Positions 35,328 to 49,402 of a DNA stretch of 64,000 bases are shown piece by piece. The DNA is taken from positions 1 to 64,000 of the forward strand of contig JAQGDQ010000682.1 in NCBI GenBank assembly GCA_030141605.1, written 5' to 3'. The DNA comes from Tubiluchus corallicola (lineage: Eukaryota > Animalia > Priapulida). Below the pieces are notes generated by a model. The model had not been told where the DNA came from, did no database searches, and saw only the letters and a program-made list of their open reading frames with translations. The position numbers were made by a program, and so were the translations under genes. Position 1 is the first letter of the stretch; each line of letters opens with the position of its first letter.

Positions 35328-38300
35328 CTGGAATGCTAATGGCAGTAGAAATCGCAGCATGTTGTCATCAGTGTCTAGCAAGTCCAAGATCCATTGCAAA
35401 AAATCCTGCCTTTCTATCAGACCTTCCTGTAATCAGAACAACAGATTATTGAATTATAGAAAATGACAGAGTAATACAAAGTTTAGCCATTATAATCACG
35501 GTATTGCAGTAAATAAGCAAAAGTCTAACAGTAAACACAGAACATAATAAAGCTGAACTGGGTGTTGTTGCGAACTTGAAAATGGCACAGTGCTCTTCCG
35601 CATCATGTCACGAACTTGTAAAAGTTCTACCTATCTTTTGTTTGCTCTTAAAGTCTGGGTGTTTTAAAGCTATTAGACCGAAGGTTTTTTTGTATCTAAA
35701 GGAAATTCACGAAAAGCATATTATTAGTATTTTGTTGATCTTCACTGTAGTTCCTAGTTTGAGATAAATAAAAGCAAAGAACGATTGATTAAAACATCAT
35801 GATGCAATTACTTATTTACAACAATTGTACAACGTTAAACAACATGTTGAAATACAATTGTTGGGCACCGATTAGGACAAAGTAGGACAATTGGCATACA
35901 TTTTGGCTAGGCCAAGTAGGACGCATCGTACATGGGCTAGCCCATAGGCATATCTAGAAAAGCTTAACTGCCAACTTTTGGACGATTTTGTTATGCAAGC
36001 ACACACATAGATAGTTTTTTTACCTCATTCATATATCTGGTCAACCTGTGGCAATACTGCCAAAGTTTCATCGCTTGATCAACGTCAGGCATGACGGACG
36101 AGACGGTGCTGACTAGGCTCGATGTCTGAGGCTGGTTATTGTAAAATTCTTGTATCTTATTCAGTTGTTCTGTCATGAATTTAATAAGCGACTGCGTCCA
36201 TTCTGGAAAATACAAACTAGTTAAAACTGGAATATCAAAATAAAAAATTAGCAACAGTAAAAAAACGCTAAATAACTGTGATAAAACTCCCTACCCTGGG
36301 AAGGATCAGTGGCCTGTTTCTTCTTAATTTTAGCTTCATTTAAAGCCACATTGTAGGCAGATGTCATCTTGATAAACCAAGTAGCACGAAGCATAGGAAC
36401 TTGGTATTCATAGAGATTGGCAAACATTTCTGACTTCTTGTTAAGTATCGGTACCTAAAACGTGCAAAAATGCCATTATTGAAAAACAAGATCCAATTCG
36501 TTTTTAATGAATACAGTCGACCCTCGTTAAACCGGACCCCGTTAGCCTGGATATCGGATGAGACGGACGTCATCCGTGGCAAAGGAAACTGACCGATTTC
36601 CGTCCGAGCCGGAGCGCTAAACACAACACGGCCTACCAACTGAACAATAATTTCTTTATCCTCACAGGTTAACTATTTTAAGTAATACACAGTATAGTAT
36701 ATAGTGCACAGTATATAGTGCAATGTATATAGGCCTTATTAAGGTGATTATTCCTGTATAATACAGACCATATATAGGCATATCGGATAAATTGGACAAT
36801 TGGCTAAACCGGACACCCCCCCCCCAATTAGTCCGGTTTAACGAGGGTTGACTGTACTAGGTAATAACGTCATTGAAGTTGGAGAGTAGTTTTTCCAACT
36901 TGTGACTGAGTCAACTTGTGACTTTTTTCCAACGCTGAGTCACGCATCTTGTCCACATTAGCTCATTCAGGACCGTAAGCATTTGTCGCATTCTGCAAGG
37001 GTTCATGAAAAACTGCTCTCACTAAGTAGTGATTACGTTATATTTGATCATTTTTGTAGGTTTCTAATCCTCGCACAATGAACTTTCGTGCAAAACTATA
37101 TTTTAAAAGCATTTGCTTACCTCAGACAAATTAAAAATTAATTTTTGACGTATAAACTGAAAAAAAGCTTTCAGTAACTGCAGTGTTTGCATTGTAACAA
37201 AGTGCAGTATCACTTGTGTGAAATCAGCTAATACAGAAAATTTCAACTATCCAGACACAGCACACTGATACACTTTGACCTCAAGTCTACTCTATTTTCA
37301 AGGAGCAATTCCTGTTAAAAAATGAAACGACTTTAATTTGTCCTTGGATTGTCCGTTGGTTTTTCCTGGAATAGCAGCGGAACACTGCACAGCTAGGGTT
37401 GTAGCAAACAGGAGATCAATAAAATAGTGTGTACGATCACGCAAGTGAGCACCAGACTAAGTTACTCCATAAGCTAAGTTAGAGTGCCTAAAAATAGTGT
37501 TTTTCTCTGTTTTATTCAATTAAAACAATTGTAAATGTTTAAATAAATAGCATGATTGGATAGACGAGATTCTCCTGAATACAACAGTACCTAATTTGTA
37601 ATCATTTAGTTGCGATTCTCTTGAATACAACACTACCTAATTTTTAATCATTTAGTTATGTCTGTGCTCATACAGTAGCAGAAAAGTCATAGGTCTTATA
37701 AGATCTATTTTGAGTGATACGGTCCTGAAAGAGTTAGAAACATTCACTAGGAAATAATGAACCTCTAATAAAATTCATTCTGATTGGTTGAACCATTACC
37801 AATCGTCTTGCAAACCTCATTTCTTGCTTCTGAAATTGCAGTACCCTAGTTTTTGGAGAAAAAGCGACCGTGCAAATAATATCTGGTTCAGGTTCAGAAG
37901 CTAAACAATACTTGGAATTCTCAACAACTGTAAAGTAGCATACCTTCTTTGACAACACATTGAGAGATTTGCTACCGGCAAGATCTTTTAACCAATCAAT
38001 AACTTTGTTCCAATTTGCGGTTTTGCTTGTCACCGGCACAAAGTTGTTCTTCGTGTTCACCTGCGGCCGCTTCTTGCCCGTGTCCGGCAATGTGTTGATC
38101 TCTTGTTTTTTGGTGATCATTTGCATCATTTGACTATAGACGGTGCTGAATTCGCCGGGGTTAAATAAGTCGCGTGCAGATGCATACTGAAAAGCACACA
38201 TGCGTAGAAATACAGTTTATACATAGAAACATGGTTTTTGTAGAATATTTTTTATATTACCGTATTTTTATTATTGTCAAAGACAAAAAAATAAAATATT

Positions 38301-39699
38301 TGGCCACAGTGACCACTGATAAAGAGGCCCGAGGAAGAAGAAATGGTATACAGGTGGAGTAGCTATTGCAGATGAAACATAGAAATAGGTTAATATACAA
38401 TGAAATACATACATTAGTACAATGCAACGTACTAATAAGCAAAAACATAAAATGTACCACACTAATGAGCAAATCGACGAGTATTTTTTATATATGTTTG
38501 AATAATATCAGATATAACTATTTTTGATCATTGTTTAAAAGGGTACTACCATTTAAGAGTACTAATTAGAGATTCAGTATCCAAAACAATAATGTCAAAT
38601 GGAATAATATTATTTAAGTACAAATCTGATGACTTGTGCATGAATTGCTCTCTACTTACAGCATATAAACGGCATTCGAACAAATAATGGGTAACAGATT
38701 CAACATAATAACCACAAAAACATTTTTACCACTAGAATCTTTACAACCATGCGTGTTTAAATGATAATTAAATTGAGAAAAACCGATTCTTAGGTGAATA
38801 TGGTGGATACAGTACGGAATTTTACAATAAATTAAGTATTTGGGTCTGTTTGCGAAACTGATGTAATTCTTTAAATAATGCTTAAAGCTACTGATCGAGG
38901 TTGATAATTGTATATAAGAAGTAAGCTTATTCCAAATGGACACAGCTGAAGGAAAGAAAAAATTGTGGCAGTAATAACAACGAGTACAAAATGAAGATAA
39001 GTTATTACGATTTTTTGTAGCAAGTTTTCGTAGAGTTGTAAACTTTAAGCTATTGTAATAAGGTACTTAAAAATAAAAGCACTAAGCAAAACAGGGCTGA
39101 GTAAGAATAGGATTACAAGAAAAATGTTCCTACCTCTGATTCAGTGAATGGCACTTTATTAGAGAATCCAGACTTAACATGGTCAGTTGTCATGTCATCC
39201 TAAACACAACATTGATATAAAGTGTCGTGTATAAAACTATGAATTATGATGATTTAGTTACAGACATGTCAAAACAGTCAAAAACATCATAATTACATCC
39301 AGTTCAGTTGATGTAAGCAAGATGATTGCTTATAGTAAAATATTCCAGTTACAACTTAAGCTGCAATGCAATAATATCTAAAATTTTACGGGGATAAACA
39401 AACTTTCTTATAACAAACAAAATTTTCTGACAAACAAAGCAGGTAGTATTTTTCTCTCAAAAGCAGTAAGAAATTTTAAATTTGCAGGTATGCAAAATAG
39501 AACTTCTCAACAGAAGCTACTATTAATTTTTCAGTCACTAAAATAATGCAATCAACACAAAAATGTCCCAAAAACAAAAACGTAACGCTGATGTAAAGTA
39601 ATGTATTACCTCTTTCTGGTTAGGACCCTGTGGATAGACATCAGGTGGTCCTAACCTTGGTCGTTTCAACGGCCTCTTTTCCAGGTATGCAGTACTCAT
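35328..39699 (-). CDS. MED12: Mediator subunit 12, first six coding exons (279 codons): 39699-39610, 39199-39134, 38186-37944, 36454-36295, 36202-36024, 35426-35328
   Basis: Spliced translation [30 protein letters not shown]|[14 protein letters not shown]..|..[31 protein letters not shown]|[24 protein letters not shown]|EWTQ..|[19 protein letters not shown] matches the MED12/kohtalo N-terminus. All introns are GT-AG with compatible phases and no stops. Confidence 0.93.
36514..36854. mobile_element. Tigger-like MITE in a MED12 intron
   Basis: TIR CAGTC(G/A)ACCCTCGTTAAACCGGAC, TA TSD. Confidence 0.85.
36960..37735. mobile_element. About 780-bp non-autonomous DNA element; second copy at about 45966-46768 in a LAMTOR4 intron
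   Basis: Short TIR TTCAGGACCG / CGGTCCTGAA; long collinear similarity between the two copies. Confidence 0.75.
38480..39030 (-). mobile_element. Decayed LINE 3' fragment (CR1/L2 group) in a MED12 intron
   Basis: [31 protein letters not shown] and a frameshifted [14 protein letters not shown] zinc-knuckle remnant. Confidence 0.7.
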
Positions 39700-42474
39700 G
39701 TTTAAAGTGTTAGTGCCTCAGAAAACTATAGTAAAGTGAAACGGTTAAACTTCATAAATGAAAATAATTACAATGAGAATAACTCTTACTATATAATAGC
39801 TTATATTTGCTGAAACTTTGTCAATTGTATTTATGCCGATAATTCATCCAGAGAAACGATATTCTTCTTCAGTTATTTTACAAAATAACATCATGGAAAA
39901 TCAATACAGCAAAAGATTTTGTTACAGGAATTAGCGGTAGGCAGGCACAGAGCCGTTTTATTTTAGAAACACATCAGATGAAGTTTTACATTTCTAGGAG
40001 ATTTCTAAGACTGTTATAGACAATAAACAATTTCACAGTGAGGACATGCAGCAAAATTCCTTGTGCAATTCCTTGTGCGGAATTCTGCTGCCAGCTAAAA
40101 GCTATGCGTCCTCCTTATGTGGAATTCTGCTGCCAGCTAAAAGTTATGCATCCTCCTCGTAAGGAATCTTCTCGCATGATAGAAATACTGCATGTTGCAT
40201 TTTCGTGAGGAATCTCTTCACGGAATTCAGTCTTAAACTGAACTATTAAATTACTGCTTTCTTATTTAACGAAAAACAATTAACACACTTCAGCATAAAG
40301 TTTTAAGATTTAGTTTCTCTATTAACATGGATGGCTATATTCACGAAAAAGAAGAATATGCACGCATATCACATATATTTATTTTATACACATGTATTTT
40401 CAGATTCTGAAGTGGTTAGTAGAAGTTTACTAAAAAACAAACAGGTCTGACATTACATTGACTAACCTTATTAATTGTACTGGCCTACATAGGAATGCAA
40501 GGCATCAATAGGTGGGATATACCACGTTTTTTTTAAAGTTGGGATATACCATGTTTTTTTTAAAGTATAGCAGCACTGAAACGATGATGCGCGTTTTGCT
40601 TGCATGGTTATTTTAATTCAAATACGCATAATAATCTGCATGTTTGCTAACCTTTGTTTGCATAAACAAAAATATTTTAAATCAGTGGAAACTGCACCCT
40701 GTTGCAGGTGTGTTTACCTGGTTTGTTTGATTTTCATTGATTAATTTCATCTCTAAGAAGGAATATTAGAACATTCTCTATCTCATGTTATTTTATTATT
40801 TTAAGATTAGTATTTTTAACAGCAAAAAATATCTTACTACTACTGCTGCTCCTGCTATTACTAGTACAGTAGTACATTCATTTAATGATTAATGAAGCTA
40901 ATTAATATTTCTGTTTGATTGTTGTTCAATCTGGTAGCTTGTGATGAGTGTCAGTCTGTCATTTTCTTCCTGCAATGTGCACATTGTTATCTAGCGCGGA
41001 TTAATAGTAATGAAATTAAAATCTGCAAAGATCCGATCTGCATATTTGCTAATTTTCAATATGGTAAATCCGCAATACGATCTGATCCACAAAAAATCTT
41101 GCAGATCTTAGTCTGCGGGATCGTGGTCTGCTCATTACTGATGTCAACTCCAAGTTCCTACATCCACATTTTTACAAAAACAAGTAAATAACTTCTACAC
41201 CATTATACAGTGCTAGTAATAAATTATGATGGGATCAGTGGTGACAACTATTGACAAGAAAGATGAAACATTATAAGTTATTACAAGGCGGTGAGAACTC
41301 AGCACTTCACACGAATAGGTCCCCCACATACAGAATGAGTAAGCTTCGAAAGGCTCTGTGGTACGCTGGTAGATCAAGTATTTAAAACAGCAACAGTTGT
41401 AAAACAGTAAACGCTAGTTCTTTAAAAAGGTCACCAAACCTGAATCTAGTAGCAGTACTCAGCATCAGGAAGTAACACCAACACACTAGATATTACATCT
41501 ACTCATCTATATTTTCCGTGTATGCGTAGTAATTTGTGAGACTCAGACAATCGGCAATTGGAAAAACTTGCGCGTTACCATTTCCCATTGCAGACAAAAT
41601 AAATTGAAAATGAAAGAACTATGCTAATTGAAAATTTGAAATTACACAGAAAATTTCTAATCTGATATAAGATGCAAAATGTTTGGCATCGGAAATCTTT
41701 AAGAAATCATAAACCCAAACTGCAAAAAATTGCATTAAAACATCTATGAGCACGTCTACATGTGCATCTATGACCCTGGAGTGAGAAAGCGTTCAGTACA
41801 TGAATTTCGGCAAATACAACTCTACATTTAAGGATGATACATCGTGGGCTGCTACGGCTGATAGGAGTGTGTGGGATCAACAGATGAAGCGTGCCAAGTT
41901 TTATAACATAAAAGAATCGAGAAGACGGCTTGACCTTAATTATTGATTTTAGTGTGAAAGCCTTCAGAGTAAGGGATCATTGTCAGACTGAAAATCTCCA
42001 AGACATCTGGTACAGTAGACATAGACATTTTTAACTTATTTCGTCAAAATACACAGTTTGCAGTGTAAAAACAATAATTAGTTACACATGTCCTATGTTC
42101 CTGCCTGCCATAGTAGGCGTTAACAACGGTGAAGTTTAAATCCTTAATTGACAATTATTTTGCAATTATTGACAAATCCGAATCATGATAGTATAACAGT
42201 ATAACAATATGTAAAAATTGAGAAACAATACGAGTATGAAGATGTCAGAAAATGTGTCACAAGCACTTTAAAAGAAAACGTAAGGATTGGCAAGAGGTTA
42301 AAAGTGCAAGTAAGCAAGTGAAGAAAACATTTAAAATAAATAAAAACAATATGTACCTTGGAAATACGAAGTCAGGAAAAAAGTATAATGGTCAAGTAAC
42401 GAGTTATTAAGCAAAACGTTTGCTAGAAATAAATAATAATAACTATACGAAAATCAATAATATAATTTATTGTC

Positions 42475-42806
42475 ATAATTTTGCACTATTTCTTTCTGAA
42501 ATCAGAAGAGCTGATTCCATTGTCTGTGCTCAGTGAATTTCTTGCCATCTAGTTTGATTAACTTGAATCATATCTCTCAAGATTTCAGCACGCGTGTGTC
42601 TCTAATACTCTTTATTGATTCTGCAAAACTGATGTAGTGAATTTTCTGATCTATGTTAACCATTGTTTCTGTACTTAACAGCAACAACGGCAGTTATAAC
42701 AATAGCAATGGTGACAAAGACACCTTGTCACAGAGAAGTTTTATCATGTGAATTCAGAGCTTTAGAGAGTTTTGTCAGCTCATCATGCAGCTCAAGGAAG
42801 AGTGTC
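42475..42806 (-). pseudogene. Possible decayed exon of an unidentified gene
   Basis: Acceptor-like TTATAG followed by protein-like pieces (TLFLELHDELTKLSKALN; AEILRDMIQVNQTRWQEIH*AQTMESALL) broken by stops and frameshifts; not recognised. Confidence 0.2.
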
Positions 42807-43059
42807 CTATAATTAAACAACATCATCATCATCAACAACAACACACAACAATAACAACATTAAGTAATCAACAACAATTAACAATAGCTGTAATAAAATT
42901 GCTGTGTATGATGTAATAGGAAAACCATATAAAAGTTTGTGAGATCACACCTGCATTAAAGCATGCAGGCATGGGTAGCTTATAATCATGGTTAAAGATA
43001 TTAGATAGCCAGAAAGTGTGAAAACTACCTATAAATTTGAGTGAGTGTCCTGTAGTTTT

Positions 43060-43400
43060 GCACATTTAATATATAAATGCTAACATGTAAATTTTATTAC
43101 TTCTCCTAGAGCATATTCAATTGAGTGTTTTTTAAATTATGAATGGACTTGAGGATCTGAAATGTTAAGACGTTTTACTGTTAGGGTTAATAGCACAACA
43201 AGAAATCACTCCAGGAAATTAGTGACAAGAAGGTCTAGACTAAATATTAGAAAATGCCGATGGAGACAAGGGGTTATAATTATTAATGAGCTCAAAACAC
43301 TTAATGGAGGAAGCAATGTATTCTCTCAGTGTAAACTCTTTCAAGAGTCGCTTTGGTTTGATGACTTATTAATTCAAGAAGATTGGTGGCGCAACACGAG
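43060..43400 (+). mobile_element. CR1-like LINE 3' remnant
   Basis: FTVRVNSTTRNHSRKLVTRRSRLNIRK resembles the CR1 ORF2 C-terminus. Confidence 0.55.
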
Positions 43401-44700
43401 CTTGTCCAACCTTACAGCTTTAGTTACCATTACAGTTCCATTAAGATGAGATGGCCCAGTAACTTTACGAAAAAGTTGCCGCCTTATTGATAGGTTATCA
43501 CTATGGATATAATTGCCCACTAGACATGCCAGCGATTTTGTGAAGATTGCTCCTATTAATTTCTCTTGTCGTCACGTGCTTCGTAAGTAATTTATTGTTA
43601 TTGTAATGTTTGTGTCCGTCTATAATATATTATTTAGTTTTAGTGATTTTCATAGTAGGTTATTAAATATTAGAAAGTACAGAAGCAATAGACCAACAAT
43701 AAATTATTTCGTAGTGTTATCTGTGCTGCGGAGAGTATAGTCATAATTTTTCAATACTATTATTATTAAAAGTATTAATTGAATTAAATTCAACGAACTA
43801 TTTGCTTTTTGTTTTACGTAATAAAATACATTTTAATTTACATAATTATTGCTTACCAAATGAAAATAGAGACGGGCGGCGAAAAAACAGAGATCACCTA
43901 AGTAGTCTACATCAGTATAATTTTTTTAATTAATTTTGATGTTATTTTAATGTATTTTTTACTTTTATATTGAATAAGAATATGTACTATAATGTAGTTA
44001 TAGTATTTATCCTGCTGTACTTTGGAATAACGTTTTACTGAAATACATAATTCCACAACTTGGAAGCAAATGAAATCTTAGATAATATTTAAGTTTTTAT
44101 TCAGTAAGCAGAAACAGCAAAGAAAAATTAGTATGTGAGACCTCGAAGTAAAGATGAATATAAACAGAAGAAAATAACAAGATAAGATATAATGGTGGAT
44201 TCTCTAATGAATAAGCTTCCATTTGTATATCCAGAAATAAAACAAAACAAAATAGTAATTACTTTTAAGGAATCAAAATAAAGATGAATTCAACAAAAGA
44301 AATTATGAAGGTAAATCATATAATGATGGAGACTTTAATATCTTCTAATAAGTATCACATATTCCATGCAAGTTAATATAAAAGAAAGATCACATAACTA
44401 AAAACTTGTGTATTTAGTTTCGGTGGATTAGCTTGTCCAGAAAAAGCTTCCAGACTTGGATGAAACGTCACATGTGGGCATAGGTTAGCCAATGATTTGT
44501 TGTGTTCATATCATAGTGTATGTATTGAACAGGAAACAGGATTTCTATAAAGGCAGTTTGGAAATATCAGTGACAGCTTATAGTTAAAATCCATGGGGTG
44601 GTGCTTTAAAAAAATCTTTAGCCTTTGTCTCAATTCTGTATAAAATGAAACAAACATGTAAAAAGAAAATTTAGTCAAAAAGTCGCACTACCTTACACAT

Positions 44701-45143
44701 GCACAACAGGGTCGGCAGTGTGCAGCTTCTAGTGTGCAGCTTCTTATCTTGGACATGTGCATCTGGCTGCATGCACACAACAGAGTCGGCAGTGTGCGGC
44801 TTCTGATCTTGGACATGTGCACCTGGCTGCATGCACACAACAGAGTCGGCAGTGTGCGGCTTCTGATCTTGGACATGTGCATCTGGCTGCATGCACACAA
44901 CAGAGTCGGCAGTGTGCGGCTTCTGATCTTGGACATGTGCACCTGGCTGCATGCACACAACAGAGTCGGCAGTGTGCGGCTTCTGATCTTGGACATGTGC
45001 ACCTGGCTGCATGCACACAACAGAGTCGGCAGTGTGCGGCTTCTTATCTTGGACATGTGCACCTGGCTGCATGCACACAACAGAGTCGGCAGTGTGCGGC
45101 TTCTTATCTTGGACATGTGCACCTGGCTGCATGCACACAACAG
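44701..45143. repeat. 60-bp minisatellite (about 7 near-identical units)
   Basis: Unit ACAACAGAGTCGGCAGTGTGCGGCTTCTGATCTTGGACATGTGCACCTGGCTGCATGCAC. Confidence 0.95.
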
Positions 45144-45499
45144 CCAAACACTGTGTCGCTGGAACTGTAAAGCGTACTGTATCACACAAGGGTTTTTCTA
45201 TTGTCATGAACTAGGAGATGGCTACTGACATTAAGCTTAAGAATTATATAATGTACAAGTGTAAAGAAAGAATTAAAGAAGTGAAGACTCATTATATTGA
45301 ATATTAGCGATAATCTCGAGTGAAAATAGAGGGTGCTGCAGTTCCGCAGTGCCTATACATGAGCCACCGCTGATAAATATGTAAGTACAGGTACTGTATT
45401 AGCTTACTATTCACATTTACCATGGAAATAATGTTTGCATAATGCAGGTATTGGCCAGATTGAACTGTATTTCTTTGCATACATGAACATCTGAAGAAG

Positions 45500-48400
45500 A
45501 TGATGCAAATACAAGAAAGAATTCCTGACCTTCTTGGAAGTCTTGTGATCAATGAGAATGGTGCTGTTATTTCAGTAAGGATTCCTGGTTTTATTATGAA
45601 TTACTGTTATTTATAAACTCTCGTAATTGGAATTTATGGTAAATTATGTTTTCTCTTGAAATTGCATACTGCTGTAAGTTTAATATGTATGTCTAATAAT
45701 TCCATTTCAGCATAATATTTTAATAGCAACGGTGTTGTTACTTGCTTTATATTTTGCTCTTGATATTTTTGTAAGTTAAATCACAGTTAACATTAAATGG
45801 CATGTTCACGCACAGTGCTAATCTGAAAGCTTAGAATATCATGATGCAAAAATAAAATTCATAAATTTATACGACAACTGACTGAGTTAAATACTTTCAC
45901 CATGAGAGCCAGGTTTTGTCATTTATTTTTGCATAATTGTAACAGCAAAACTGTCAGTTTATGTTCAACTCCTTCAGGACAGTAAAGGTTTGCTGCATTT
46001 TGCATGGGTCTCACTAAGCAGCAATTACATTATATTTTGATAGTCTTTGTAGGTTTCTCACGCAATGGATTTTCATGCAAAATTATATATGAAATGCATT
46101 TGTTTACCTTACACAAATTAAAAATCGATTTTTGACAAACAAATTGAAAAAAGCTTTCAGTAACTGTAGTGTTTGCACTGTAACAAAGTACAGTATCACT
46201 TGTGTGAAATCGACTAATGCAGAAAATTTCAACTATCCATACACAACACTGTGATACACTTTGGCCTATAGTCTACTCTATTTTTAAAGGAAAATTCCTG
46301 TTAAAAGATGAAACAACCTTAATTTGTCCTTTGTTGATCGGTTAGTTTTTCCTGGAATAGCAGCAGAACACTGCACAGCTAGGATTGTAGCAAGCAGGTG
46401 ATCAATAAAATAGTGTGTACAATCACACAAGTGTACACCAGACTAAGCTACTCAATAAGCTAAGTTGGAGTGCCTGAAGAAGGCATGGTTTTCTTAATTT
46501 TGTACACATAATAATAAATATATTATTAAATACTTTTATGTACAATGCTGTAATGATCATTGTGGATATATTTAATAAATAAAAAAAAAATTTTATCCAA
46601 ATAAATCACTTATAAACGTTTAAAGAAACAAATTACTGAATAGCCGGTATTCTCCTGTATACAAGAATACCTAATTTGTAATCGTTTAGTTATGTCTGTG
46701 CTCATACAGTAACAGAAAAGTCATAGGTCTTATAAGACCTATTTTGAATGGTGTGATCCTGAAGGTGTTTGAAAACGGAAATGTGACAACGATTTTTGTC
46801 ATTTGTGTGCTTTCAGTCTTCTGGTGAGCTTCAGAATGACGAGGTCACAGCAAATAAAATCATGTCCATGATACAAGTTTGCAATAGATCAGACTTATCC
46901 ACGGACTCAAATCAGCAGTTTAAAAGACTGACAGGTATTTATTTCCTTAAAGGAAAACCGGACGATTGTTTAGACTCAATCTCATTTTAATTTACTGTCC
47001 AAAATATCCATTTTCTTGCCTATAAAAGTTAACATTTGTTCATTATATGTGAATAATTAGCTTAGAAAGTTAATTAACGGCAACCGAACACGGCTATTGC
47101 TTACGCCAGAAACTAACCACAGTTTGTGCATTGGCAGCCATCTTCCCTTGCACATCAAGAACATTTGCATAAGTGTTGCAGTAAATGCGTGATTTCACGA
47201 AAAATAGGCTTTACATCATATGGCGTCAGAAACTAACACAACAGTTCATGATCATGGCTATCACGATACCGCCTTCTATTTGTCGGCCGCGCGAAATTAA
47301 CAGAAAGGCGCCGCTGCCAATCTTAGTAGATTCACTGAGCCGCGCGTAGCTTTGAAAGTTTAACAAAATTTGAGTATCCGAGGTAATTATTATTTAATCT
47401 AAGCTTTGATTTAAAAAGCTTTTGTAGTTTTCAGTATATTAAAGCATTCTTTATTCTGAACTAATGTTTACACAATCATCCGGTTTTCCTTTAATTGAGA
47501 GCAAAAATGAAAACATATTAATGTTGCCTTTTTATCTATAAAAGAACACTTGATTGGACAGATTTGGTGGGTTTATGTTTTTCTTAGTTGATTTTTTAGC
47601 TAAGATTCAGATTTGATATGAATTTGCTGTGTCAATAAAGAAAAAATTGTTCATTATAGGGAGCATTAATTAATTTGCCAATGTCCTGGTGCAGATAGGA
47701 ACTTCAGTCCAGATATGGATTTTGAATACTAATTAATCCCGTCCCAGTGTTTGAATAGTCATGTGCATCACCATTAACGCATAGTAAATGGCATTCGGTA
47801 ATGTAGATTCACTAATAAATAGTAGGGATGCACCAGACGCGGACCAGACCAGCATTTTTCTTGCGGGACCTAGGCCAAACCGTGACACAAATCTGGTGGC
47901 ACAGAAAAAATGGTCCAAAGTTTAGACTGCGGTAGTATTAAAAGCAAGTATCCTACAAAGTTGAAATTTCACAGCATGATATTACACTACATTAGCTTTT
48001 GGCTGTGAAAGATACAAGTTTCAGTGGTTTTTACACTATGGCTAAAAAATCTTTTGTATGATAAAAAATTAAATACTGGAATAATATCAGCCATCAAGTG
48101 AAAAACAGTGGCATTTTTGTATAAAGCACTCAATAGATGGCAGCAAAAGAATAAAGAAATCAACTAGTTCGCATCATGGCCATCACCACAGCAAATAAAG
48201 CATTGATAAAAATTTGTTGCCTCTTAATTTGACTTAATCCTCTGGATTACGGTACCTGGAATTCCCTTAAAGACAAATAAGTGTACAATGACCGCACAGA
48301 GCTATTTTATGCAAAGTAACTAATTCAGAATTTGTTGAGTGCTGGAACCAAGAGAAAACATGTTAGTGTAGTTTTCGTTGAAAATGGTAGACACATACAG

Positions 48401-49003
48401 TGCTTGACTTGAACTTTAACGTAGTAACACAACGTTTTTTTTAATTAATTCGATTCTGTATCCGACATGAGCTAGAAGATATTACCTGCTTTCCAAATTT
48501 GGTACATCTCGGTCAGATATGCAAAAAGCTGGAGTTTAACTGAAGAGTTAAATCAGTATCAGCAGTGCTGACAGAGTGAAATGAATGCTGAATGTCCCCC
48601 CCTCACTGATTCTAATCACCTTGTGTTAAGCCGATTTTAATCTCCCGGCACGCTTCCCCTGACAAAAAGGAGCCTCCAAAATAGGGTCTTTTTTTAATTT
48701 CCTGCCTGTGTTATTTTGATGGTATATACAAACTCATGGAATGTTTTCTTTGTACTTGGATGTGTATTTTTAAATTTGAACAATCTATAATATGGGTTAA
48801 TAGAAAATAGTTCGTTAAGTGTTTATAATTACGTTTATAATTTATAAAGAAAAAATCTGCAATGTGCAGATTTCATGCGGTATACGTCACGGAATCGCAA
48901 ATATGTTCCAAACGTATTTCTGAAAATGCAATAATTGTTATGTAACATTTAAACTGGTTGTTATACGAAATTTGGAGAACAAACTTTACTGCTGCTGCTA
49001 CTG

Positions 49004-49082
<79 letters not shown>

Positions 49083-49334
49083 AACAACTACTACTACTAC
49101 CACTACCACTACCACTACCACCATTACCACTACCACTACTACGTCTTATAGAATTCTCCAGTTACTAAATATTGATTTATAGATTTTTGAGTTTTAAAGA
49201 TTGGAACTAATTCTACGTTTTTTGTTTTTTTTTCAGTTATATTTGATAAATTCATGTATGTAGTTACTCTGTCCAGTCGGCGAGTTTACATCATTAAAAA
49301 AGCGTACAATCCACACGAACCTGTAATGACGTGA
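45500..49334 (+). CDS. LAMTOR4: Ragulator subunit LAMTOR4, 96 aa; coding exons 45500-45574, 46817-46934, 49237-49334
   Basis: MMQIQERIPDLLGSLVINENGAVIS|SSGELQNDEVTANKI..QQFKRLT|VIFDKFMYVVTLSSRRVYIIKK..HEPVMT* aligns by eye to human ERIPDQLGYLVL..GAVLASSGDLENDE..FKRLSVVF..VTVSGQRVFVVKR. GT-AG introns with consistent phases; exact start codon uncertain. Confidence 0.9.
46951..47490. mobile_element. Kolobok-like MITE, 16 bp inside the LAMTOR4 intron donor; diverged copy at 54166-54692
   Basis: TIR AGGAAAACCGGA(C/T)GATTGT, TTAA TSD. Confidence 0.8.
48988..49142. repeat. (TAC)n / (CAC)n microsatellite
   Basis: Direct reading; lies in the last LAMTOR4 intron. Confidence 0.95.
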
Positions 49335-49402
49335 AAACATGTAGCATAACTGGTGAAATGAGGGACGATTCTTAACAAACGATCGTTTTTTTTAAGTTTT
49401 AT

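Noticed and set aside
44671-45228. Long repetitive ORFs in several frames on both strands
   Set aside because: By-product of a 60-bp unit that lacks stops in most frames; no unique flanking coding sequence.
48873-49182. Poly-Val / poly-Thr ORFs
   Set aside because: Translation of an intronic TAC microsatellite.
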